Assembly: GCA_002104905.1 (NCBI GenBank) | Contig: MCFE01000515.1 | Span: 1 to 63,948, forward strand | Length of the DNA stretch: 63,948 nucleotides | Direction of reading: 5' to 3' | From: Basidiobolus meristosporus CBS 931.73 | Lineage: Eukaryota > Fungi > Basidiobolomycota | Translations under genes and position numbers: made by a program | Part shown: in pieces, positions 10,675 to 28,253 of the stretch | How the letters are laid out: each line of letters opens with the position of its first letter | Numbering within the stretch: position 1 is the first letter of the stretch | Notes under the pieces: model-generated | Seen by the model: the letters and a program-made list of their open reading frames with translations, nothing else | What the model was told of the DNA's origin: nothing | The model's database searches: none

Positions 10675-11820
10675 CGCTTCCAAGTCGTGGAAGCTATTGA
10701 GACTGGACAATATGGCAATGTAAACTAAATATCCATGTATAAACCCCGCCATAACCCCTGATAACCGTTTCGTAAACAAACGTTTAGCCATTAATAGAAC
10801 ATTTATGTGATACATGATTTTCAAATAAATTTATTTACAAATATTTTTATACCCGGAAGAAACCTAATAATGCAATCGAATGTCAATATATGTGGATCCG
10901 AAGTAAAAGGATGGGTAGGTCGGTGTGAAAAGTCAGAAAACCAAAAGGCTCAAAAGTTCTCGGCATCATGTGTCCGAATTAGCATGGAATATTTTGATTG
11001 TATCATCATAAAAGAGGGAGGTCAGGGGAGGTATTGGGCAGACATTTACCTAGGGTTTCACCGGTATTTACAGCCTAACGAGCAATACTATGGGTTCAAT
11101 TCGTTGACATATCTAGGAGGCTATGTAAGTAATGGTTCAGATAAATAGATAAATTGCATGTCGGTGAGATCAGGGAATAGTTGTGTCAACCTAATGGTTC
11201 AGTATTTGATAGTACTTTTCCAAGCATCATTTCACCCGACAATACAACGTGCAGAGTACTTACAAGTTGAACTTCGTACTGAGGCCAAGGACATCTGGAA
11301 AAGGTTCAGAAATTAGTACTTGGCCGAGGGAAATAAGATATTTCCGATGTTTGAAGTGACTCAGATTTTTGGCTGATGCTTATATTATCGCCATGGAAAA
11401 GATAGTCCGACTGGGGCGGCAAAGCAATCATCATATCACATTCGGAACATTGCTGGTTATATGAAAGAGACTTACCAAGTTGCGTAGAAGATACTGTTCC
11501 GGAAGCCACTAGTGCGGTATATATATTCGCGGTCGAAATCAGGGTTCCCCTGCTGAATACTGAAAATCATTTTTTCTCTCTATGAAAAAAAACCTGGTGT
11601 TCTGGTGATTGGCTGGATTTGGTTGCAATAGAATTTATTGTTATTTGATGGTCTATGGTGAGGATTCTTGGACAAGGCCACGCAGGCGTGATAATCAGAT
11701 AGGAAAACTGTACAACATGCTTGGGATATACCATGTGGATTCGAGGCACCATCAAATAATCGGGGATTAAAATGCGATTGTACTTCATCAAAAAAGGCGC
11801 TCCATGCAGCTCGAATTGCC

Positions 11821-12735
11821 TTAACGTAGGACCGGGGGTCTATTCTCAACATTACGCTCCAAACGGAAATGTAGCCAATCAATGGCCTCCTTGACTCCCT
11901 CTCTACGGAGTGGTATAGTGACTGTTTAGAAAGCCGCAACTGGGGGACGTTCACTGTTTGTGGCTACTTACCCATTGAGTGCTGAGATTGGCATAACCTT
12001 ACTATCACGGGCATCAAGGCTTAACGCGATTTTGTTGAAGATTTCTTTAATCTCCTCTACTTTGAGCGCGTTGGGCAAATCCTGCTTATTTGCCAGCATA
12101 ATAACCGGAACTCCTTCGGTGGAATCGTGCGCCACCATGCTCTCTACGGGTAGTCGTAAAAAAGGGGAGGATAAAGGGCTAAGTAAAGCAAGCATCGAAT
12201 GGCTCAACCACCGTACTGGATGACTATTTACCAAATGCTTCACGACACTCTTGCAGTCTAGAGGAGTCAGTGGAATCGACTACAAACACTATACCGTGAC
12301 ATTCCTTATAGTACTTCTCCCACAAGGTACGCAGATCCCTTTGCCCTCCCAAGTCCCAAAAGTTTACTCTGGTCTTTCCAATGACAATCTTCCCAACTAA
12401 TACGGAGATGGGTTAACCACAAGTGGGCACGTAGCATCTAGGTGCTCCGACTTATGACGAGGGATGTCCGCTACTTACTGTTCAGACCAACGGTGGGCGC
12501 AATCTTTTCTGGTGCTAGACCTCTACTACCAGTGAATACATTCTTGATCTTTTCCAAGAGAGTCTAATAAACATTGCGAGGCAATAGTGAGTTGGTAAGC
12601 ACCCGCCACTGAATGGAAAGGAAACTGTCGTTGGTTGCTTACGGTTTTCCCGGCGTTGTCCAAACCCAAAATGATCACATAGTACTCTTCAGTCCGGGTC
12701 ATATATTTATAGAAGCCATTAAGTAGTGTATACAT
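11821..12735 (-). CDS. ARL3: ARF-related GTPase ARFRP1/Arl3, multi-exon
   Basis: MYTLLNGFYKY, ILGLDNAGKT, WDLGGQ, MLANKQD, ISALNG, then last exon EGVKEAIDWLHFRLERNVENRPPVLR-TAA. Confidence 0.9.
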
Positions 12736-12934
12736 GTTAAAAGTTAAGCTTTGAATGGAGCTGAGGATAGCGAGTTTGATGAAAAGTCACAATGTCAGGT
12801 GAACTGAGGAATCAAGGGGAGTGTAGCTTTCTGTTTAATCGTATTCATCATCATAAAGCATGATCTGACACAACGTAAGCATCACGTGAAATGTATGGAT
12901 GCTGCCCTTCAAATTTATTGTGCATTTGTCAAGG

Positions 12935-14003
12935 TTAGAAACTTTGATTAGGAGCTAATGCTAACACAGTAAACTGTAGAAGATCTGGGTCACGCTCCAT
13001 GAATTGCTTGATGACTTTGGCCCCGTCCTGTTAGCAGTGGAGACGATCAGTTGGGTGGAAAAATGGTTCAAATGGCGGGGATTACCTTCAAAAGGGATGT
13101 GCACTTTCCATGATTGATAGGGAATGGTTTGCGGCCATCGAGCTCGTATATTTCTCCATCACGCTCAATAAAGCAGATGAAGTGGAGGTCGATGTCGTCC
13201 TCCGCGTTTGGTGCCTAGCAATGCGAATGAGTACAATCCACTTGGAGCTTCACTGTGCTCTGGGACATACTTCTGTTTGGCCGCCTTGTGCAGTTGCTTG
13301 ATGTGCTTGCGCAATCTCTCCGCTGGTCTCCAGCGTCTTGGCTCTGTCGTCAGGATTCAATGACTGCGTCTTGGCAAGGAAGTTCTTTAATGGCCCTTCC
13401 ACTGAAACATGATTTGAGTTTGATTCGATTCACACAAGATATACGAGTCCCCAACTTACGAATTTCTATCTTATCCATGGTATTGGCTAGAGAGTGCAGA
13501 ACCGCAATAGAGCCACAAGCGTTACGTATCGTTTGTTTCATAAAGTACACTTTGTCGCTGAGGGGTTGCCCAGTTTCGTGTAATTTCTTGCTTTCTTCAA
13601 GGCGGAATTTCTCATACTAGATGTTCATGCAAGTATCAGAGAGGGCGTTGCCAAATATCCTGAAGTTGAACTCAACTTACCCCAGGAGTGATAGGGAACA
13701 GCAACAAAAGTGCTACACAAGGTTGGGGGACCATTTGTAGTAAATCCTCGTCCAGTCCTGTAAAATTACCCTTTAGTTTGTAGATTCAGAAAACTACAGT
13801 ACGAAAGTAGTGAAGCATACCCCAAACATCATTATACCCCCATAATTCACTAACTCCAAGATTATGAATGAACTAAAGGCCGCAGGTTAGCCGCTATGCA
13901 CAGCTACGAAGATAACAATATACTAAAATGAACCTACTTGATTCATAACCTCTGGGTTAGATTCTAAGGGGACCCATGCAATTTCAGCTTTTTTGCTCGC
14001 CAT
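12935..14003 (-). CDS. YUH1: Ubiquitin C-terminal hydrolase (peptidase C12, UCH-L3/Yuh1 type), multi-exon
   Basis: [32 protein letters not shown] (Cys), DLHFICF (His), YELDGRK (Asp), FMERDP. Exons join by GT-AG introns. Confidence 0.9.
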
Positions 14004-14421
14004 TTGAAGTGAAGAAAACTTGCCAGTGGCAATAGCAATGCACGTTGTTATTGCTTTTGTGACTGGAATTCACTGCAATGATTATTACGTAGTGGGCATC
14101 TTGATACCCTATTCTATTACGAGCCAATTTGATATAAGATGTTCTAGTATAGTAGACATTGGTATTATGAATCCAATTACCTTGGGGAAAAGGACTTTTA
14201 CCTGATCAAGTAAAATTCAGGAAACTCATATGATTGAATCAATACTCAATATATCGCCATCCGATATGCACATGGGCCACATCAAATGTCGCCATTTAAC
14301 TATTGTATGAGAACCTGGTTTTATACACCTTGCTAGGTGAGATGGTGTGGTATGGAACATGGGACATGGGACATGGGATTGGTATGGCTAGGATCTGCTC
14401 ACACGCTCATCTCAATGCTTG

Positions 14422-14427
14422 TATAAA
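14422..14427 (+). promoter_or_regulatory. TATA box of peroxiredoxin copy 1
   Basis: TATAAA 134 nt upstream of the ATG, at the same spacing in both copies. Confidence 0.5.
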
Positions 14428-14555
14428 TAGCTGGCGTACTCCGACTCAAAGTACTCAGTGCGTAGCGTATTTACTCCTATTCCTACTAGAGCCACAACAG
14501 CCTCTTCCCCTCAAGCCTAACCTCCATCACCTTCAACAGCAGCAGCAGCAACAAA

Positions 14556-15218
14556 ATGTCAGCTCTTCGTCTCGGTAGCGTTGCCCCTGATTTTGAAGCC
14601 AAGACCACCAAGGGCCCCATCTCCTTCCACAACTGGATCGGTGACTCCTGGGCTGTCCTCTTCTCCCACCCTGCCGACTTCACTCCGGTCTGCACCACCG
14701 AGCTTGGCGAGGTTGCCAAGCTGGCGCGCGAGTTCGAGAAGCGTGGAGTGAAGGCAATCGGACTTTCCACCAACGACCTCGGTGACCACGAACAATGGAT
14801 CGAGGACATCAACGAGGTTGGCAATGTCGATGTTCAGTTCCCCATCATCGCCGATGCCGACCGCAAGGTAGCCACCCTTTATGACATGTTGGACTCTGAG
14901 GAGCATGACGCCAGCAACGTGGTGAACGGAATCCCCTTCACCGTGCGCAGCGTGTTCATCATTGACCCAGCCAAGAAGATCCGTCTCGTGATCGTGTACC
15001 CAGCCAGCTGTGGACGCAACTTTGATGAGATCCTTCGAGTGATCGACTCCCTCCAGCTCACCGACAGAAAGAAGATCGCCACACCAGCCAACTGGACACC
15101 TGGCAAGGATGTGATTGTGCATGTGAGCGTGAGCAACGAAGAGGCAGAGAAGGAGTTCCCAGGCTTCAGACAAGTGAAACCCTACCTTCGCTTTGCTTCC
15201 CTACCAGCTGATGCTTAA
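14556..15218 (+). CDS. PRX1: 1-Cys peroxiredoxin (Prx6 class), copy 1, intronless
   Basis: LFSHPADFTPVCTTE peroxidatic motif, GRNFDEILRVIDSLQ, ATPANW. Confidence 0.95.
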   Translation: MSALRLGSVAPDFEAKTTKGPISFHNWIGDSWAVLFSHPADFTPVCTTELGEVAKLAREFEKRGVKAIGLSTNDLGDHEQWIEDINEVGNVDVQFPIIADADRKVATLYDMLDSEEHDASNVVNGIPFTVRSVFIIDPAKKIRLVIVYPASCGRNFDEILRVIDSLQLTDRKKIATPANWTPGKDVIVHVSVSNEEAEKEFPGFRQVKPYLRFASLPADA

Positions 15219-15487
15219 TTTCATACATTCACGATCTAAGCTTGCATTTTCAATACAAACTGAATAATAAATGGGTTAGACAGGATATTTTTGGAATTGG
15301 AGTAGAAGCTGTGCTGTCATACCGAGAATACCATCCAATGGTTCATAAGAGAACCATTAATATGGGAAAATTCAACAGAATTCCATTGTATTACAAAGGA
15401 AGAGATATACGAAAAGAAACAGGTTTTGGGCTGCTAACAAATATAAAACTTGCAAGTTGTAGGATTTTGGGATTCATTCATGTTTCT

Positions 15488-16420
15488 ATGAGCCGAGAGA
15501 TTAGTTACGTGATCATTGGTGATACTTCAAAAAAAAGTAGCTACGGCCCACCATTCCGAATTATATTCGCCACACCTGGTATCAAGGATGGCTCTGGTTA
15601 CGAAGTAGAGGAGTGCCTTAACCGCTCCACCTTTGAGTTTATCCACGAATTTGACATCGATAATGCCTTCATCGTGTACAGAGAGCTGCGACTCAAACAG
15701 ACCATCGCCACCGTCTTTTACACCAGAATGAGACTTAAGAACGGCCAGATCGCTTTCTTGGAATGTACAATAAGCTTTTGTTACAAGTGGGTGGTAGGAA
15801 CTTGTCGAATTATAGACTCGGTCAACGTAGTAGATTTCTGGAGTAAGTTCACCTTCATACCATTCTCCCCATATCAAGGAACTCAACCAGTGTGTGTAGG
15901 CCGTAATGCACTTTCCGAAGCAATCTATCTGATTGATGAGGACGGAGTCACGATAGTAGTATGTGGATTGTTTCTCATTATTTTCTAGGCTCAAACACTA
16001 AGAGGGTTCCACACGTAGAGGGAGAGAATGGTTTACAAACGAAGTTGTGACTATTTTTCTAGTATAACCTATCAAGATCCATTCAACTACACCACCGGGG
16101 AGATGGAGATGCGAGCAGCGTTTGTATTGAACCACTACACTGAACGCTGCGATGTCATATTTTGCACGGAGTCGGTCGAATGGCTGTTCGGACTGAACCC
16201 CAAGGAGGTGGTGGGATCAACCTTTTTCCAATACATACACGTCAATGATTTGGAGGACGTCTATGCCGAAATCGATGATCTCAAGAGCACAGGCTCGATC
16301 ACCAAATGCTACTTTACCATTAGCTGTCCGAAAGGGAACATCGAGGTTGAAATGCATGGGATCCATACCAGAGATGGACTAGCCATTATTGTTAGAGAAG
16401 ATAAATTGAATGAACCGTAA
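15488..16420 (+). CDS. Tandem PAS-domain protein (two PAS folds, no output domain visible)
   Basis: IFATPGIKDGSGYEVEECLNRSTFEFIHEFD and IFCTESVEWLFGLNPKEVVGSTFFQYIHVND. Predicted introns 15843-15890 and 15959-16018 (phase 0) join the two ORFs. Start is uncertain. Confidence 0.7.
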
Positions 16421-16715
16421 TCTTGTCGATCCTAATTTATTGATTAATATTTCTCCCAGTTCTTGTAACATACCCACCATCTTCACCAGTTGTGACTCCC
16501 TAAACAAGCTTTAGAAACATGTATCCACTCATAACCCTCTCCAATTAGAAACATGTACCCACCAGTCTCTACCGCGCTCTTCTCCAATTGGATATGGCTA
16601 ACACGTCATCCAAAAGTGCAGGATGATTAAATTCGTAGGCAAGATGTCGCCATCACATATACATGGACCGCTCTCTAATGTCGCCATTTGACAATGTCGG
16701 TGACAATTTGCAATA

Positions 16716-16785
16716 TTCCTTTGGATTGATATGGGTGTGTGTAAGGATTCTTCCTTTGGATTGATATGGGTGTGTGTAAGGATTC
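16716..16785. repeat. Perfect 35-bp tandem duplication
   Basis: TTCCTTTGGATTGATATGGGTGTGTGTAAGGATTC x2. Confidence 0.95.
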
Positions 16786-16938
16786 GCAATTTAAGGTTTG
16801 ATGAGTGCAGGGTGGTATAGTGTGATGTGGTGCAGTGGTGCAGTGGTGCAGTGATGCAGTGATGTGGTATGGGATATGGGATATGGGACATGGGATTGGT
16901 ATGGCTAGGATCTGCTCACACGCTCATCTCAATGCTTG

Positions 16939-16944
16939 TATAAA
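16939..16944 (+). promoter_or_regulatory. TATA box of peroxiredoxin copy 2
   Basis: TATAAA 134 nt upstream of the ATG. Confidence 0.5.
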
Positions 16945-17072
16945 TAGCTGGCGTACTCCGACTCAAAGTACTCAGTGCGTAGCGTATTTACTCCTATTCC
17001 TACTAGAGCCACAACAGCCTCTTCCCCTCAAGCCTAACCTCCATCACCTTCAACAGCAGCAGCAGCAACAAA

Positions 17073-17735
17073 ATGTCAGCTCTTCGTCTCGGTAGCGTTG
17101 CCCCTGATTTTGAAGCCAAGACCACCAAGGGCCCCATCTCCTTCCACAACTGGATCGGTGACTCCTGGGCTGTCCTCTTCTCCCACCCTGCCGACTTCAC
17201 TCCGGTCTGCACCACCGAGCTTGGCGAGGTTGCCAAGCTGGCGCGCGAGTTCGAGAAGCGTGGAGTGAAGGCAATCGGACTTTCCACCAACGACCTCGGT
17301 GACCACGAACAATGGATCGAGGACATCAACGAGGTTGGCAATGTCGATGTTCAGTTCCCCATCATCGCCGATGCCGACCGCAAGGTAGCCACCCTCTATG
17401 ACATGTTGGACTCTGAGGAGCATGACGCCAGCAATGTGGTGAACGGAATCCCCTTCACCGTGCGCAGCGTGTTCATCATTGACCCAGCCAAGAAGATCCG
17501 TCTCGTGATCGTGTACCCAGCCAGCTGTGGACGCAACTTTGATGAGATCCTTCGAGTGATCGACTCCCTCCAGCTCACCGACAGAAAGAAGATCGCCACA
17601 CCAGCCAACTGGACACCTGGCAAGGATGTGATTGTGCATGTGAGCGTGAGCAACGAAGAGGCAGAGAAGGAGTTCCCAGGCTTCAGACAAGTGAAACCCT
17701 ACCTTCGCTTCGCTTCCCTACCAGCCGATGCTTAA
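17073..17735 (+). CDS. PRX1: 1-Cys peroxiredoxin (Prx6 class), copy 2; protein identical to copy 1
   Basis: Same 220-aa translation. I found four synonymous nucleotide differences. Confidence 0.95.
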   Translation: MSALRLGSVAPDFEAKTTKGPISFHNWIGDSWAVLFSHPADFTPVCTTELGEVAKLAREFEKRGVKAIGLSTNDLGDHEQWIEDINEVGNVDVQFPIIADADRKVATLYDMLDSEEHDASNVVNGIPFTVRSVFIIDPAKKIRLVIVYPASCGRNFDEILRVIDSLQLTDRKKIATPANWTPGKDVIVHVSVSNEEAEKEFPGFRQVKPYLRFASLPADA

Positions 17736-18050
17736 AATTACTATGCCATCAAATATTACATATAATTTGAAATAAATTTTGCATACAATGAGTCCAGATC
17801 ACTAAAAACCAATGAAGAGATGGCTAACTATATCCAGCGAGCTAGTACCAAATCAACATGGCTGCATCCCTAAATGAGCATTTGATCGGCGCCAAAACTT
17901 CAATAAGCCACGCATTTATGATTCGTCTTGCTAGGGAATGATTTATTTCTATGCAGTGTGTATTCAACAATAATTAATGGGGCTACCAACCCTAGTTTTG
18001 CAAGATATGGAAGACATGTATCTAAATCTGCCTCATGGATGGAATGCAAA

Positions 18051-19857
18051 TCACACGGACGCCCCGAGGAGCGCCGTTCTCTCATCCGGTTTTTCCGGGC
18101 CTCCACCATATTCATCGTAGCCAAGACTGGAGTTGCATCGAGCGTGTCCTTGGTGTTTGTGTTTCAGATGGTCTGGAACATCATTCCGATTGGAGCTAAA
18201 TGATAATCCCTTAGGCCACTTCTTGTTGTCTGCCGGAACGGTTAGCAGTTCGCATTTCGGATGCGGAGCCATCGCGGTAGTTTCCGAGCGACGCCGTATT
18301 CTGGGCTTGATACCACGTATGACTCGCACCTTCTTGGCAATGTCAACGAATACGTCGGTCTCGTCAACAATTTCCTCTTGTATAATCTCCTCGAGCACAT
18401 CTTCCAACGTGATGATTCCGATGGGCCTTGAAGGGTTGGCCGAGTCGATCACTTGGGCCATGTGACCTGGTTGAAGAGGTGAGCGGACATAGGAAAAATA
18501 AAGACCAGACAAGAAAGAACTTACTTCCTCCTTCTTGGAACCTATTCAGTAAATCAAACAAGGACTCTTGTAGGTTGACCTTGGGGCTATCGAATATTTT
18601 CACCTCGCTGATGGGAACCGCATCTTCCGGGTTGAGGAGGATCAAGTTCTGAAAACACAAGAAACCGTTATTCTGGCGGTCCAGTTATCTAAAAATCCAC
18701 ACACACATACTTTGACCAGCAATACACCGATGATGTTGCTTTCATTTCCTTTGAAGATGGGGATTCGGCTATGACCGGCACGTAAAATATTGGTCATCGT
18801 CTCTCGGTCCAATTTGGATTCATAGCTAAGCGAGAAGACGAATTTCATGGGGGTCATAACCTCCTTGACCGTCTTGCTACTCAGATCCAGGGCTCCCTGG
18901 ATGATTGTTACTTCGTCGTGTGATAAAGAACCACCTTGAGTGCTCTCGTGTAAAGAGACAAGCTCTCGAAGCTCTGTAAAGTAGCGTGTTTAGTAAAGAA
19001 GCATGTATTAGGATGCAATAAATTTTCGGATAGATACCAGCACGACGGTAGATTACACCATGATGCTCACCCAAAACCCAATCCAGTAAAGAGGCAATCG
19101 GATAAGCAATGATCCACTAAAAACAACGTATGAAACCACAACAACCATCGCAAACTACGATACAACCTCGCTTACCATGATCCAAATGAGAATACGAACA
19201 GGCCTATTTTTATCGGCGACAGGATATTAGCATATATGCTGACATTAAAACACTTCACTATGGCTACATACCACGCAAAAAAGGCACCGATTCTTAGACC
19301 ATGACGAGAGCACACAGATTGGGGTATAATCTCGCCAAACAGTACAATCAGACCAGTAGACACCAAGATAGCCGTCAACCCCCCTCCACCGAACAGGGAG
19401 TCGAACAAAATGGGCAGCGTCTCGTTCACCAAAGTATTGGTTAGCAACAAGGTGACCAACAGAAGATGCCCGTTTTCACGAATCGGTTGGATCCTTGCCG
19501 CGTATTTTCTTTGTTTTTCGTCTCCGGAAGTGGCCAGGATATGTAGATTGGTCTGGTCCAAAGACATGAGACCAAGGGTCAACCCTACAGGAAAAAGCGT
19601 GGTCAAGGAACGCACTACGGTACTCGGATCTGCGTCGACAGCAAAGGCTTACCTGCTACCAGACCGCCCAATAGAACTAGAAACACTGCACCACAAAGGT
19701 ACAACCAAAACAGGGGGCCAGTCACCACTTTATGCTTCATGGTTTCGACAACGACTGACGACCCAGGGATGGGGGCAGCCCATACTGCCATGAAGGCTCT
19801 GGATATCAGCACCGCCAGCCCTGAGCCCTTCAATAAAGGCAACCGATGGGTACTCAT
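18051..19857 (-). CDS. MAM3: CNNM/DUF21 + CBS-pair metal transporter (Mam3-like), multi-exon
   Basis: LTLGLMSLD, HLLLVTLLLTNTLVNETLP, FGEIIPQSVC, GHSRIP, GIITLEDVLEEIIQEEIVDETD. Confidence 0.9.
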
Positions 19858-20518
19858 AGAGAAGGAAGATGAACAGAATAAGATGGAAGTTTGAAGCCCC
19901 GCCGACCATAAATCGTATTTAGTGCGAATCCCATGCACACAAAATGCCCGAATGACCAAACGAATTGATTACGTTTAGATAAACCGGAAAGTACCAGTAT
20001 TCGTACACCATCTCCTACACTAATCAATTTGCTGAAACCGGCCGATCAGATTTGATAAACTTGAGCTCAGCAATATCAATAGCAACATCAATACCACCAT
20101 CTCTTTGCTCCATTCGGACTATCCCCACTGGGAATGAGGGCATTCACCGCATTTGGTTTATCGACATAGTGTGGATTCGAGCAAGCTTGGCTATTAATAT
20201 GGATCCTGCAATACGGAGACTTAGGGATTGAGTAACCAGCATGCATCCAGCATACACATGGTCCTTTCTGCAGGTGACTCTGTGAAACCATTTTCTTGCT
20301 CCAACTCGGCTATTTGGGAATTAAAATCATGTGTGACGGCAAAACAATAGTTTAAAAAATGGACCCTTATCATCGATTATCTTCTGACGTTTAGATTGAC
20401 GATACAAAAACAATCGTGTTCGTCCAGGTCACCAAAATGGAGTTCATCCATGATACAAAAATAGTGGAGTTTATTGATGATTTACAGATATGTCGTTCAA
20501 TTGAATCATTAAAGAACC

Positions 20519-26588
<6,070 letters not shown>

Positions 26589-27043
26589 ATTGCCGATTTG
26601 TGCGGAGAGTACCCGATGAAACTCTCGCAGAAAGAACGTTGCTTTGGTGTGTACGCTAGGTAATCAAGGATGCTCTTTCGCAGGATCACCAACGTATGCT
26701 TGTGTCGAAAGTAACGAAAGAATCTGGATTTGAGCTGCTGGGAAATCGAAGGAATACAGATGGTCGTGCCTCTAATAGTAAACTTCTTGAACTGCTGTTG
26801 AAGCCATCAGCATGCCGACATTGATGTGTATAATTCGAGATCCGGATATCACGTGGATGTCGCGCCTTTGATAACACCCTCTGTACAAGTTGTAAATAAT
26901 TTTTTTCAATAGCTCATTTGGGATGTTGATGGATCCGTAGGTCTCGTATATTTCAAGATATCTGTAAGCCTCGTATATTTCAAGATAATACTGTGAAATA
27001 CAGTCATTGCGCTACGTGCGAAATGCTTTATTATGAAATCAAC

Positions 27044-27995
27044 TTATATCACGCTCAAAAGCTCACTCCAATCCTCGATGCTATAGAGGACTTTGGGTCG
27101 ATGCTCTGCCTTGGCCTGCGATAGCGGCTTAAGCTGAATGTCGTACACTTGAAGCTTCTTACGGAGAGATGTATTGTTACCAACCACTACGCCATAATCC
27201 GCCTCGACTAGAATAGAAAATTCATCAGTGTCCACAACCGAGCGAGGATTAATCTAGAAACTTACGGAGGCACTCCAGATCAGTGGAGGAATCGCCAATA
27301 TACATTGAAGCCGTTCCTCTGGGCTTATGCAACTTCTTGAAAGCCCTCAGCTTATCGCCAGCAACCACTACACTTGGTGCGATATACCCGGTGGAAATTC
27401 CATTTTTGTCAAAATGCAAATCGTTGGAAACAATCGAAATTGGCCTGGTTGATACAGTCTTCAAAGCCCCAGCAATCCAATCCTTGGACCAATTTACGGA
27501 TAGAACGTGAAGCTCTCGATCACTTTCCTTGGCGAATCTCTTCAGAACCTTGAGGGAATTCGGTCGAAGTGCGATTCGGCTACCACCCCTGCTCAGCTCC
27601 TCTCTACTCACTCCGGATAAGGCGAGGCCTTTGCTCACGCGCTGCAAAGAGCGTAGCTCAACCTCCTTCAACGCATCCAGAAAATAGTAGAGCTGGGCTA
27701 AGGTTCCATTTTGCGTGGGCTGTGGTGGAAGCTTTTCCGTCGCTTCTGTGTAGTCCTTTCCGTAGGCGTCCCCAAAATAAGACCAAGGTGGGATTTCGGC
27801 CCCGCCGGTGGAATTGCGCCCCTCACGTGCAGTATAAGCAGTCTCTGCTAGAGCAGCAATAGAATCTTGCTGGGTTATCGTCTCGTCAAAGTCGGTGACT
27901 AGCAAACCAATAGGACGGATTCTACATGAGGTGGCCATTTTTCGTAGGCAAAGCAACGGTAGTAAAGTCGGCAGCAGCTTCATTCCAAAGAACAA
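27044..27995 (-). CDS. HAD-superfamily phosphatase (Cto1/UPF0655-like), one intron
   Basis: DFDETIT motif I, VLSVNWS, IGDSSTDLECL, then a second exon EADYGVVVG. Confidence 0.75.
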
Positions 27996-28253
27996 TATGG
28001 ATCATAATGGCAGTCGATATTTATTCACCGCCGTGAAAGCAGAATGAGCAATCTAACGCACTGATAATGCGAACAGAACTGATGAGTGCCAATAAAAATT
28101 AGGATCGCACCCAACCAAACTCAAGGCCCGAACGCCTCGTATTGGCCAATTTCCGAAAAATGTGTGGTGTATATCTCGAGTCATATTTTATGGGAATTTA
28201 ATAGCAATCCCTCGCCCCTCTAGAGCTCGATTAGCTTTGTACTAGTAAACACT

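Noticed and set aside
11580-11954. 124-aa minus-strand ORF
   Set aside because: Overlaps the last intron, last exon (other frame) and 3' UTR of ARL3; no family motif.
14559-15173. 204-aa antisense ORF (and its twin 17076-17690) conserved in both copies
   Set aside because: Antisense shadow of a codon-biased peroxiredoxin. Both nucleotide differences in its span are non-synonymous for it but synonymous for Prx.
8949-16785. Short direct repeats (32-35 bp) as CRISPR-like arrays
   Set aside because: Only two adjacent copies each, no unique spacers, no cas genes, eukaryotic context.
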